Virus record (IMG/VR): IMGVR_UViG_3300036785_000389
Span: 1 to 61,782 of that record
Origin: a virus
Lineage: Duplodnaviria; Caudoviricetes
Length of the DNA stretch: 61,782 bases
Reading direction: 5' to 3' (one strand)
Of the stretch, positions 27,876 through 37,169 are shown one piece after another. The number at the start of each line of letters is the position of its first letter. The stretch's first letter is position 1. The notes under the pieces were generated by a model. The model had not been told where the DNA came from and made no database searches. It worked only from the letters and a program-made list of their open reading frames with translations. A program made the translations under genes and the position numbers.

Positions 27876-28460
27876 CTACAGTTCTAGCCCGCGCTCGCGG
27901 GCAATGATCGGTAGCTTTTCAATGCGCCATGTGCGGCTCGGCGGCTTGCCGTCGCAGCCCTTAATGCCTTCCTTGGCCAGTGCGACGACGCGCTGATTAT
28001 CGTTCTTATAGCGGCGGCTGTCTTGGATGCGCAGCATTGTCTTGAGTTCGGCGTTCGTAAAATTATGCTTGTGCTTCGAGCCGTTGACCACGTTCTTGAA
28101 GGCGTTGATGTCAGCCCGCGCCTTGATCTTCATCTCGGGCCAGTTGCGTCTAGAACTGAGCCCGTCATCGGCGGTTACGAGGACGGCCACCGCCGTGTGA
28201 ATGTCGCTGCGCGCGTCGGCCATGTCGGCTAGTCGCGTGTCGATCCGCCCCGTTGTCTTGGCGATGCATCCGGCACTCGCCACGACCGCCTCATCGCTTG
28301 TGCGAAGATGCTGGATGAAGTCCGCGCGCGTGACGCGCTTGCTCTCGACATACCACTCGGCAATGTCGGGGAAGCGTTTCAGGATTACTTCGCGCTGCGC
28401 CGTCTCCGAGAAGCCGGGCTGCGGGTTGATATAAGCTCGCCTGTGGACGACTTTTTCCAT
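27876..28460 (-). CDS. Degenerate serine-resolvase-fold protein with HTH (probably catalytically dead)
   Basis: RAYINP..SETAQR..WYVE..RADFIQHLRTSDEAVV follows resolvase spacing but lacks RxS and DRLxR. Confidence 0.5.
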   Translation of the reverse strand: MEKVVHRRAYINPQPGFSETAQREVILKRFPDIAEWYVESKRVTRADFIQHLRTSDEAVVASAGCIAKTTGRIDTRLADMADARSDIHTAVAVLVTADDGLSSRRNWPEMKIKARADINAFKNVVNGSKHKHNFTNAELKTMLRIQDSRRYKNDNQRVVALAKEGIKGCDGKPPSRTWRIEKLPIIARERGLEL

Positions 28461-28520
28461 GTGTCCGGACACTATTAAATGGGCCTTGACAAATTGTCAA
28501 GAGCCGCCCTATATAGGGTT
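28461..28520. promoter_or_regulatory. Back-to-back promoters built on palindromes
   Basis: TTGACAAATTGTCAA supplies a -35 on both strands; GTGTCCGGACAC palindrome at 28461-28472. Confidence 0.6.
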
Positions 28521-28910
28521 TGTAAGTCCAACGATGGAATGTACCCCTCCACAAAGCGGGTATCGCCGCGGGGACGGCGTTAGTGACGAGGCAAGACAGT
28601 CGCTTGTTGAGAGTGTTGCCTTACTAAAGTGCCCACCGTGGCCGTAGGCAAGACTTGAGGGCTAGAGAGCCGCAGACTCACATCCCGATAGTTTGGAGGA
28701 ACAGGCCCATGAAACGGAAACCCGCAGGACGCCTAGGCGATACAATCAAGTGGATCGACTATTGGAGCCGTGCCCACATGGTCAACGTGGATGAAATCCG
28801 GTCGCTGGCCGATATGGCGAGTGCCCGGTCGTTCTGCTCCTGCATGAGCCGGGGCATCTTTTGGGACGTGACGGACGAGGAAATGTGGGGTGCGTTGCAG
28901 GAGTTTCGTC

Positions 28911-29321
28911 GTGGCTGAACATACACCTGCCCCTTGGACGATTGAGGAATACGGCGATGACGAGACGCCAAGCCTCGTCATTCATAAAGATAGCGAGAGT
29001 CGCGTCTGCTTCATGGCAACGCCTGGATCGCATGGTGATCCGGCAATCATCGAGGCAAACGCGCATCTAATTTCGGCAGCGCCGGATTTATTCGATGCTC
29101 TCCGCGACATGAGCGAGTGGTGGGCCTATGCGATGGCGAAACCGCTTGGCGCACAGCCAAATGCCGAAGATCACAAAAAGGTTGAGCAGCTTGCCGTCAA
29201 AGCAATCAACGCTTTGCATAAAGCTGATCCGACCTATGTGCGTTGCCTTGTCGGCAAGCGACTCACCGCCGATCACCCTGCGGCGCAAGCCGCCCTAAAA
29301 GAGGATATGCCGTTGGCATAA
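28911..29321 (+). CDS. Hypothetical phage protein (HTPxPW..ANAxLIxAAPDL family)
   Basis: HTPAPW, EANAHLISAAPDL; RBS AGGAG. Confidence 0.75.
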   Translation: MAEHTPAPWTIEEYGDDETPSLVIHKDSESRVCFMATPGSHGDPAIIEANAHLISAAPDLFDALRDMSEWWAYAMAKPLGAQPNAEDHKKVEQLAVKAINALHKADPTYVRCLVGKRLTADHPAAQAALKEDMPLA

Positions 29322-29328
29322 TACCCCG

Positions 29329-30036
29329 GTGGCAAACAAATTAATGACCCTGATTGAGCGCCTACACAATCCTGCGTGGACAGCGGACGGCGGAATAATG
29401 GACGGAAAACCAGCACGATTAAATGCTGAGCGCACTCGCGCTGACATGGAGGAAGCTGCCGATAAAATCAAACGGCTAACCGCTGCACTTGATCGGATTG
29501 CTTTCTATGATGATTTTCTCAACAAAGAAGCGGCTATTTGGATGCAAAATGAAGCCCGCGCAGCATTGAAGGAGTAGCTAGCGGTGAAACCAGAGAAGAT
29601 TGACACTAGCGACGAGAATTGCGCAATGGTCTGTATGATCGTATCCAATCCAGGCGGGGGCAAACGAAAATTGGCCTGGCAGAAACGAAACAATGATCTG
29701 ATCCGTGCCTTACGTGACGAACGCAACGATCTTCTCTCTTACGTTAAAACGCTTGAGAGAACTATTGCCAATTTACAGAAGCCCCCGCACAAAGATTTAA
29801 CTCGCCGCGGCCAGTCAGGATAGCCCGCCATGTTAGATGTGCGAGATAAAATCGCTCTGCATTTTTTGTCATGTATGAGCGACGCCGACATTGAATGGTG
29901 CGTTCCTCGTCTCGAGGAATGGAAAAAGGAAGTTCATTATGGCGATTGCACAAAAGCGCCAATCACCTGCAATCGATGTGTCGCAGATGAGGCATATAGG
30001 CGCGCCGATGCGCTGGTTGCGGAATTGAAGGAGTAG
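29329..30036 (+). other. Three short early hypothetical ORFs (29329-29577, 29584-29823, 29830-30036)
   Basis: Tightly packed, each with an RBS. Confidence 0.6.
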
Positions 30037-30380
30037 CCCGATGATGCCACACATGGAAGTCACAATGAAACGCTGGCAATTTGTCGAGTATTTTATTGCG
30101 GCGTTTGTGGTCGGGGTCATCGTCGGCAGGCTATGGAATTGAAGGATAGCCCGGATGGCACTGCACGCGATCACAAATCTAGGCGTGACCCCTATTGAAG
30201 TGCGGGAACGCCCAAGCGAGACGGCAACCAATGTGCAACCCGGCGAAGCTAGAGTACTTGAACTATACGAAATCCTGACGCGCGGACGAACTCGGTTACG
30301 CGTAGAGCCAGCAGAGGAGAAATAGCCCGCAATTCTGCGGCACCGCGCGCCTCGGCGGTATCTGGGGCGGAGCAAGTAAG

Positions 30381-30689
30381 ATGAACACACACCCAAACCG
30401 TACCAAACGCACAGGCGAGCGGGCCGTGCTGGTAACGACCAGTCATCGCGGAGTTTTCTTTGGCTATGCCAAAAAGACTGACGGCGCGACAATCACTCTG
30501 CGCCGTGCCCGCAATTGCATATATTGGCCTGTTGCCAACAAGGGCTTTCTCGGCCTCGCCTCTATGGGGCCTGTTGATGGGGCGAAGATCGGGCCTGCCG
30601 CTGATATTGAATTACGCGATATTACTTGCGTGGCTGAGTGTTCAGAGGAAGCCACAAAGGCATGGGAGCAAGCGCCGTGGAGCCGGTAA
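30381..30689 (+). CDS. DUF6948-like protein
   Basis: VLVTTSHRGVFFG..LRRARNCIYW..GLASMGP. Confidence 0.75.
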   Translation: MNTHPNRTKRTGERAVLVTTSHRGVFFGYAKKTDGATITLRRARNCIYWPVANKGFLGLASMGPVDGAKIGPAADIELRDITCVAECSEEATKAWEQAPWSR

Positions 30690-31294
30690 TCCTTAAAGGA
30701 GACGCCGCGAAAGCGGCGGCAATTCTCGGCGACGGCTCCGGCTACGGCTACGGCGACGGCTCCGGCTCCGGCTACGGCTACGGCGACGGCTCCGGCTACG
30801 GCTCCGGCTACGGCGACGGCTCCGGCTACGGCGACGGCTACGGCGACGGCTACGGCTCCGGCGACGGCTACGGCTACGGCTCCGGCTACGGCGACGGCGA
30901 CGGCTCCGGCTACGGCGACGGCGACGGCTCCGTCTACGGCGACGGCTCCTATTGGCAGTCCTGCATTGCCTACTTTGCCGAGAAATGGAACACCGAGCAG
31001 AAGAAGCGCCTTGCCGAACTGCAAGGCGCAGGCGCAAAAATTTGTTTCTGGCGATCCAGTAATAGCGGTCATGCATCGAATGGCGGCAAGAAGATCGAAG
31101 TCGCCGCCCCCGGTGTTGTCCATAAGGAAAACGGCCCGCTTAATCTCTGCAATGCTGGTACACTTCACGCCACACTCATTCCGCCAAAGTGGAAAGGCGA
31201 GCGTTGGTGGATTGTCGCCCTTATCGGTGAGGTCGTGGGTGATGACGAAAAGTACGGTGCACTTGAGCGTGAAATAATTGGTGAAGCAGTTTGA
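30677..31294 (+). CDS. Gly-X (GDGSGYGYG) repeat protein
   Basis: Low-complexity repeat followed by a globular domain (LCNAGTLHAT..WIVAL). Confidence 0.75.
   Translation: MEPVILKGDAAKAAAILGDGSGYGYGDGSGSGYGYGDGSGYGSGYGDGSGYGDGYGDGYGSGDGYGYGSGYGDGDGSGYGDGDGSVYGDGSYWQSCIAYFAEKWNTEQKKRLAELQGAGAKICFWRSSNSGHASNGGKKIEVAAPGVVHKENGPLNLCNAGTLHATLIPPKWKGERWWIVALIGEVVGDDEKYGALEREIIGEAV
30728..30949 (+). repeat. Hexamer tandem repeat GGC-(GAC/TCC/TAC)
   Basis: Directly visible in the sequence. Confidence 0.95.
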
Positions 31295-31312
31295 AGGAAA
31301 AGGCCGGCACGG

Positions 31313-31714
31313 CTACAAAGCCGCATATCCCCTATTGATAATGCGAGCGCCAGAAATATTTCTGATGTGCAGCCTCGATAGTCCGCCACCAGAATTGTAA
31401 TCCCTAAGCAATGCTTCATTCGGTCCGGTCATGCGTTCCACCAGCGCGACATGGTGTGACCAAACGGCAATCATCCTATTTCCCTTGTAGTATCGCGGCC
31501 AATTGGCGGCCAGATTGAGCCGAATATCATTAATTCCAAGGTATAGGCGAGCGCCACATCCGCAATAACGAACAGGGCAACCGGCAGGACGGCCACCGAT
31601 AATGGTGCCAGAATCATAAGACGCTGAAACTCGAATATGGTGTTTCCGGTTATTTGCATCAGCCGTTCCGGTCATTATGGCAATCAGTACGATTGCGCCC
31701 ATGAAACGCATCAT
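31313..31714 (-). CDS. Secreted CHAP-like (Cys/His) protein
   Basis: Signal peptide; GGRPAGCP..YCGC..LNLAANW..HHV..DYNSG. Confidence 0.55.
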   Translation of the reverse strand: MMRFMGAIVLIAIMTGTADANNRKHHIRVSASYDSGTIIGGRPAGCPVRYCGCGARLYLGINDIRLNLAANWPRYYKGNRMIAVWSHHVALVERMTGPNEALLRDYNSGGGLSRLHIRNISGARIINRGYAAL

Positions 31715-31735
31715 GATCGTATCCTTTGCTGGTTG

Positions 31736-32005
31736 TCAGGGAAGTTCCTTGCCTTCGGTAAAGTGAATATGATCCCAAATTCTTAATCGTTCGCCATGTT
31801 GGCTTATTTTTTCTTCGTTATCTCGCTGTCTATTTTGTATCGTATTAACTCGCTCTGTCAGCCCCTTGAATGATTCTTCGTATAGCTTGGTCCACGTCGC
31901 TATGCGAGTATCAATATTTCCAACCGTTATTGACATTCTCCATAGCCCGATGACACCAGCGGCTATCAGAGCGGCGACTATGCCCAATATCCACTGGTCA
32001 TTCAC
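31736..32005 (-). CDS. TM plus coiled-coil protein (lysis-associated)
   Basis: N-terminal TM helix, heptad-rich C-terminus. Confidence 0.55.
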   Translation of the reverse strand: MNDQWILGIVAALIAAGVIGLWRMSITVGNIDTRIATWTKLYEESFKGLTERVNTIQNRQRDNEEKISQHGERLRIWDHIHFTEGKELP

Positions 32006-32031
32006 AATTCACCTAATCGGAAATGATTTTG

Positions 32032-32322
32032 TTATGTCGCGGAATCATCTTCCGCCTCGGCTGCGGCAGCAGCCGCATCAAAATCAGCATCAGTCTGAGC
32101 ATCAAATGCCTTGAGAGATGTTAATTGATCCGCAGTCGTAGCAGGATTTGCGGAGAGTGTAGTGATGATATTCTTGATAGATGGAACAACGGCCTTTTCC
32201 TCGGCAATTGCCAACGGAATTAGATTTTCAAGCATTGATATGATTTGGCCAATAACAGAAACTTCGGAGGTTAGTGACGAGATGCTTGCCAAACTGGCCA
32301 GGATGGTTGTGAGAATTTCCAT
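32032..32322 (-). CDS. Hypothetical lysis-cassette protein
   Basis: RBS AAGGAG; amphipathic. Confidence 0.6.
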   Translation of the reverse strand: MEILTTILASLASISSLTSEVSVIGQIISMLENLIPLAIAEEKAVVPSIKNIITTLSANPATTADQLTSLKAFDAQTDADFDAAAAAAEAEDDSAT

Positions 32323-32331
32323 GATCGCTCC

Positions 32332-32727
32332 TTATGATTTTACTTGGATGCCGTATTGGGTGAAGATCGCCAGCAATGTTTTACCGGCAGCTACCATGGC
32401 GTCGTAGAGGCCCTGGTTGCCCAGTTGTCCTGGGTGCGAGGCTAGAAAATCCTCTGCATTATTACGCGCCAATCGCGCCGATCTCACAGCAGGAATGATC
32501 GCCTTTGTCGCCGTTACATTCCGGCAAATCGGACCGTTACTGCCGTTGCACTTCGGCTGGCGAAGATAGACTGTTGCAGTGGCTTCCAGGGCATCGAAAG
32601 AATAACCTCCGACGATTACGGCGGTGGGATTGACAGAAGCGCCAGTCAGAGCGTTCCAGTCATTTGTGAGTTGGGTACAGCCGGTAACGCTGGTTGCGAT
32701 AAGGATAGCAATTATGATTTTTCGCAT
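32332..32727 (-). CDS. Lipoprotein (possible spanin-like component)
   Basis: MRKIIIAILIATSVTG-C lipobox. Confidence 0.65.
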   Translation of the reverse strand: MRKIIIAILIATSVTGCTQLTNDWNALTGASVNPTAVIVGGYSFDALEATATVYLRQPKCNGSNGPICRNVTATKAIIPAVRSARLARNNAEDFLASHPGQLGNQGLYDAMVAAGKTLLAIFTQYGIQVKS

Positions 32728-32741
32728 GGTGGTTTCCTTGG

Positions 32742-33089
32742 TTAATCTGCCTTTGCGATGGTGCTGACGGCAACTTCCGCTCCTGGCTTAATCTCGATTT
32801 TGTCCAGCGTCGGATCAACGGCAAGAGCGGCAACCGTTTTGTTGGCCTGTGCATTGATCTGGATTGGTTCTATCCCCGGCATTGCCGCCACGTCGCGAAC
32901 CTGCGCACCTTGTCCGGTCAAAATAGTTGAGATGCCGGATACCATCGAAACCATTAAGCCGGCGGCACTGACGACATATTTTGTCACGGTTGGCCCGAAC
33001 AAATCATTGAGTTGTCCGGTGGATGCCACCAGCACACCAAGAATTACCAGAATAATTGAAAATATCTGAGCCGTTGTAAGATTTTTCAA
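32742..33089 (-). CDS. Holin-like two-TM protein
   Basis: Two hydrophobic helices; directly follows the endolysin. Confidence 0.55.
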   Translation of the reverse strand: MKNLTTAQIFSIILVILGVLVASTGQLNDLFGPTVTKYVVSAAGLMVSMVSGISTILTGQGAQVRDVAAMPGIEPIQINAQANKTVAALAVDPTLDKIEIKPGAEVAVSTIAKAD

Positions 33090-33098
33090 TTTGCACTC

Positions 33099-33704
33099 CT
33101 ATGAAACCCATTCTTGGGCTAGTTGCGTTCCGGCATAGTAGTTAAAATCTATTGCACCGTCAGTCCCAGGAAGCCGACCTGATTCGCTATACTGCCATAA
33201 CCATGGTTTAGACCATGATGCCTGCACATGCGCTGTTGGGCCATATTGAGCCAACCAAAGTCGGTGCGAGCCGAGATAACTATCGATATTAGCCCCAAGT
33301 AAATCTTTTACCCGATTTCCAGAGTAAAGGATAGCCTTCCTACCCGTCGCGGCCTCTATCTGTTGTAGCCAAAGTCGAGCCTGATCGAGTGACATTTGGC
33401 TATGAGGATTGTCCTCAAAATCCAACGCCATCAATGTAGAATTATCCAATTCGGCGTGAGATAGAAATTCCTTGACCTGTGCCGAGACTGACTCTCCGGT
33501 GTTGAATGAATATGCTCCCCACAACAATCCGGCATCGGTCACTAACTTGCGGCGTGTTGCGTACATCGGATCGGCATATCCTGCACCTTGCGTGCATTTG
33601 TGAATAATGCCTAGAACACCAGCCGATTTAAGCTCGGCAAAATCGTGGATTGCGTTGCCGTGGTAGATATCAATTACATTTGAGGTGAGCAATGTTTCCC
33701 CCAT
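33099..33704 (-). CDS. GH25 muramidase endolysin
   Basis: VIDIYHGN, IHKCTQG, LDFED, LWLAQY, WLWQYS..IDFN. Confidence 0.9.
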   Translation of the reverse strand: MGETLLTSNVIDIYHGNAIHDFAELKSAGVLGIIHKCTQGAGYADPMYATRRKLVTDAGLLWGAYSFNTGESVSAQVKEFLSHAELDNSTLMALDFEDNPHSQMSLDQARLWLQQIEAATGRKAILYSGNRVKDLLGANIDSYLGSHRLWLAQYGPTAHVQASWSKPWLWQYSESGRLPGTDGAIDFNYYAGTQLAQEWVS

Positions 33705-33853
33705 CTGTTTTCTTTATTTCTCGGATCAAATAGAGCATAAATTATTATAGGTGTGTCTGTATGATACACATGATCGTTGTAATCATCATAGGCGTGCAAG
33801 AATAATCCCTCAAACCCTTCGATAAAATGTCTGCCGTTATCGCTGGTTTTCAT
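33674..33853 (-). pseudogene. Remnant of a GH24 (T4-type) lysozyme N-terminus
   Basis: MKTSDNGRHFIEGFEGLFLHAYDD, then loss of similarity. Confidence 0.6.
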
Positions 33854-33961
33854 AGCCCATGCCCCGGTCGCACAAGGAAAGCGATATAGCTGCATACCGC
33901 CATGGGCGGTATGATACAGATCAAAATGCCTAGCAGAATATCGAGCATCCGTATTTCCCAG

Positions 33962-36193
33962 TTAGTCGGTCAATATCATTATTGTTGCACGAACTGTAAA
34001 CGTGGAAAGAGACACGTTTGTAACGGGAGTGCCTACTTGATTAGAAGTGAAGGTAAGCAGCGTGGGAGAATAATTGGTGGCTTGAATATATAATAAAGGT
34101 ACGGCACTCGTTTGATAGCCGGTCAGCGTTGAAATAGTGCTGTTGCCTACTGATGTCGTTTGATTGCACGGCAAGCTGCCCAAAGCAGCAGAGGTGCCGC
34201 TCGCGGTCGTTGGATACGTTACGTCTAGCGTGACATAACATAGTTTACCAACCACATAGTATCTTGAGGCATTGTTTGTAATTGAAAGGCTTGCGCCGCT
34301 CGCATCCGTTGGTGTCCATGATGTTGGCCCAGTCCCAATAGGTCCAACGGTGAAAGGCGCTCCCGTTGTCGCCTGTTTCACAAAACCTGATGTGGCGGTG
34401 AAATCGGTAACGCCAACCGGCCAAAGCAGCGAACTCAAAGTAGCCGAGTATCCCGGTCGAATTGGTCCCAATGCGCAACTAAACCAATTATCTTGAACTA
34501 TATTACCTATGATGTTTGAGCCATTATTAAATTCAGAATAACAATATTGTTGTGTGCCGCCGCCTTGGTCATAAATAACATTTCCGCTGATTAGGTTGTT
34601 TGATCCTCGTAACCCATCTTGATTGCCCCCCCAAGCCGCTATTATTCCATCGTGGCTTTGCGTAGCGCCGGTCGTCAAAAGACCGTTGCCAAAAATGACA
34701 TTGTTGCTGATTGTGGAGTGTTCTGAAAATACCGATATTCCTAACCCGTCATTGTTGGCAATTATATTGCCGCTTACAATACTATTGCACCCAAGCAGCT
34801 CGCCTCCCCCTGATACGGTGGAGTTATTGTCAAGTCCCCTGCCTCCAGTAAAAACATTGTCGCTTATTATATAAGAGAGACAGGCTGGAGAACCGGCGAT
34901 AGTATCATTAGTGCCAAAACCAGTTCCAAATCTATACGACGCAACCGCGTTGCTTAAAACTCGAATTTGATCGCCCTGTAAAAAAAGACCTGATCCTGTG
35001 ACTGAATTATTTTCAAATAGAATATTGCTTGATAGTGATATAGAAGAAGCAACGACAAATGCCTGATTAGGCATTGTCTCAAAAGAAATATTATCCCCGC
35101 TACCAACGCCAGCTCCAGTAACAGCAGCGGTAAGAACGACTGTCGTAGAAGTTACCGATTGAACAGTTGCACCAGCCGGAATCGCTATATTAGCCCCGGT
35201 CGTTCGGTCGTAAACATCCATACCGGGGACAATCCACGACGGTACAGAAGCAAAGTGAAGGGTAGAATTACCCGCAGCAGTAGTTCCGTTGGTGAGAACG
35301 GCTGGCGGATTAAATGAAATACTACCGTTTTTGAACGATCCGTTTCTAGAACTCTCGAAAGCGACGCCGTACTGAACCATGTTGGTGACAGCAACATGGT
35401 CAAATGTAAAACTCGACGATATGATGACGTAAATACCGTATAAGCAAGAAAAATTGTTATTAATATCGACCGTTAAATCACTTATAGAAACGTTGTTTAA
35501 CGTATCGAATTTCATTACTGTGGATGCGGTACAAGTAGCGTCGGCGAGCATCTTAAGAGTGGTGGCGCCTTCGCCTGCACCTCTAATAGATACGTTTACG
35601 CCAGTATCTGTAATTGTTGCGTCGAGCAGGCACGTTCCGGTCGGAAGCTGAATGATAGCACCGGGATTGGAAGATATTATAGAATTAAGCGCCGCAGATA
35701 CATGGGTCACTCCGTCGCATTTAATATTTGCAATGATGACTGGTGCCGTAATCTGAGCAATCGTAAATCCGCAGTCGTACAGAACTCCGGCGGTATTTTG
35801 AAAGCAGGATATGTCGTTGGTCGTAAATGGCCCTGTTACTGTTGCTAGTACGGCGGTCGTTCCGTTAAGAACGAACTGCAAAGGTTGCGCTGCTGCCCCG
35901 CCGTGGTTCTGCAATACAACTTGCGCCGGCCCGGAAGTAGATACTTGCAAACAGAGAGAATTATAAGGTCCGGTAGTCGCCGCACTGTTTACACAAAAAG
36001 CTCCGGCTCCGTCATGTACTATTCCAAAAGTGGTCAGAAAAGGAACAGCCGCCGTTCCGCAATCTTGGATTACTCCTGTCGTTGTCCAGCACGAAGCATG
36101 AGTGGGGGTTATGGACCCGGATTGCTTGACAGGTGCTTGCGCCTGAGCGGCAAAAGAAAAAGCTGTCAGAAACAAGACTATAAGTTTTTTCAT
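33962..36193 (-). CDS. Signal-peptide tailspike with right-handed beta-helix (depolymerase-like)
   Basis: MKKLIVLFLTAFSFAAQA signal; KCDGVT..AALN..LPTGT..IRGAG; many ISNN/GN repeats; C-terminal SWTPT receptor-binding-like domain. Confidence 0.82.
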   Translation of the reverse strand: MKKLIVLFLTAFSFAAQAQAPVKQSGSITPTHASCWTTTGVIQDCGTAAVPFLTTFGIVHDGAGAFCVNSAATTGPYNSLCLQVSTSGPAQVVLQNHGGAAAQPLQFVLNGTTAVLATVTGPFTTNDISCFQNTAGVLYDCGFTIAQITAPVIIANIKCDGVTHVSAALNSIISSNPGAIIQLPTGTCLLDATITDTGVNVSIRGAGEGATTLKMLADATCTASTVMKFDTLNNVSISDLTVDINNNFSCLYGIYVIISSSFTFDHVAVTNMVQYGVAFESSRNGSFKNGSISFNPPAVLTNGTTAAGNSTLHFASVPSWIVPGMDVYDRTTGANIAIPAGATVQSVTSTTVVLTAAVTGAGVGSGDNISFETMPNQAFVVASSISLSSNILFENNSVTGSGLFLQGDQIRVLSNAVASYRFGTGFGTNDTIAGSPACLSYIISDNVFTGGRGLDNNSTVSGGGELLGCNSIVSGNIIANNDGLGISVFSEHSTISNNVIFGNGLLTTGATQSHDGIIAAWGGNQDGLRGSNNLISGNVIYDQGGGTQQYCYSEFNNGSNIIGNIVQDNWFSCALGPIRPGYSATLSSLLWPVGVTDFTATSGFVKQATTGAPFTVGPIGTGPTSWTPTDASGASLSITNNASRYYVVGKLCYVTLDVTYPTTASGTSAALGSLPCNQTTSVGNSTISTLTGYQTSAVPLLYIQATNYSPTLLTFTSNQVGTPVTNVSLSTFTVRATIMILTD

Positions 36194-36672
36194 ATTGTCG
36201 CCAGTACGATACCGCAAAGGTAAATGTCGGCGGTACAAGGAGCGCCTTGCGCCGTAGTCAACGATAGGTAAATGGAATTAACCGTCAGAATGTTTGGCGT
36301 GAATGCCGTGCCACCACCATAACTGGTCAGGGTAGGATTGATTAGTTTTGTCGAGTCGGTCAAAGCCGAGTACACTTGCGTGTTGGCGACGATCGACGTG
36401 CCGCCTTTGCTGACGGTTGTGTAGAACCCACCAACTGCGGTTGTCAGTGAGATGTTGGCGTTGGTTACGATGATGCGAGTTAGTTGAAACTTGGATATAT
36501 TGTTCGGGATAGCGATTTGCTGGTCGTTGGTCGTATTCATGTTGGCGCTGATTAATTGCGCTAGTACCGTTTCGGAAGTACCGAAAAACGGGCCGCCATC
36601 TTGTACGGTGCCGTCTGTCGTCCAAACGACAAAGTGGCCGGGGGTGACGGACCCGCTTTGAACAATTCCCAC
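36190..36672 (-). CDS. Virion tail adaptor-like protein without signal peptide
   Basis: QSGSVTPGH..WTTDG..QDGG motif shared with the tailspike; ATGA overlap. Confidence 0.65.
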   Translation of the reverse strand: MGIVQSGSVTPGHFVVWTTDGTVQDGGPFFGTSETVLAQLISANMNTTNDQQIAIPNNISKFQLTRIIVTNANISLTTAVGGFYTTVSKGGTSIVANTQVYSALTDSTKLINPTLTSYGGGTAFTPNILTVNSIYLSLTTAQGAPCTADIYLCGIVLATI

Positions 36673-36673
36673 G

Positions 36674-36958
36674 CTATTTTCTCCGCACGATTACGTTCAA
36701 TGCAATGACGAAAATCGCGTATCCGCCAAGCCCTACGAGCTGGTAAACAGTGGGTTGAAATGGAACAATAGCGAGGCAAAGCCAGAAAACAGTGGCAACT
36801 GTTAAAAGAGAGAAGCAGTCGCCAATAGCGATGGCGGCTCGTTGCGACAGCGATTTTAGATTGAGAAGTTTGTCGAGAACCAATTCAGCAAAAGCAGAGG
36901 GGTCAGGCGTCTTTTCTTGATTGTCGTCCTCGACGATCTCGAATTTCGGGGCTGCCAT
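36674..36958 (-). CDS. Two-TM membrane protein
   Basis: Two C-terminal hydrophobic helices. Confidence 0.7.
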   Translation of the reverse strand: MAAPKFEIVEDDNQEKTPDPSAFAELVLDKLLNLKSLSQRAAIAIGDCFSLLTVATVFWLCLAIVPFQPTVYQLVGLGGYAIFVIALNVIVRRK

Positions 36959-37169
36959 TCACAGGCTCCTGTAGGCTCTTGCTAAAATGCTCGAACGACG
37001 GTGTATCTTCATTGCCATCATCCGATTGTCCCCGATTTTTCTCAAGTGCTGTATATAGCGCAGTCAAGGCTTTCAAAGCATCGGTAGAATCCTGTAGCGG
37101 CGTTTCTGTTTTTTGCGCCTTTTCAGCAACGGACGCTGCCAGATCGTCGAGGTTAGAACGGAGTGTCAT
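36903..37169 (-). CDS. Hypothetical protein
   Basis: Coupled ORF. Confidence 0.6.
   Translation of the reverse strand: MTLRSNLDDLAASVAEKAQKTETPLQDSTDALKALTALYTALEKNRGQSDDGNEDTPSFEHFSKSLQEPVNGSPEIRDRRGRQSRKDA

Noticed and set aside
30728-30949. Possible CRISPR array
   Set aside because: Hexamer coding repeat with no unique spacers and no cas genes
30464-31168. Antisense ORFs with AVAV or RSRR repeats
   Set aside because: Shadow frames of the GGC-NNC hexamer array
33962-36193. Diversity-generating retroelement target
   Set aside because: No reverse transcriptase and no template/variable repeat pair seen
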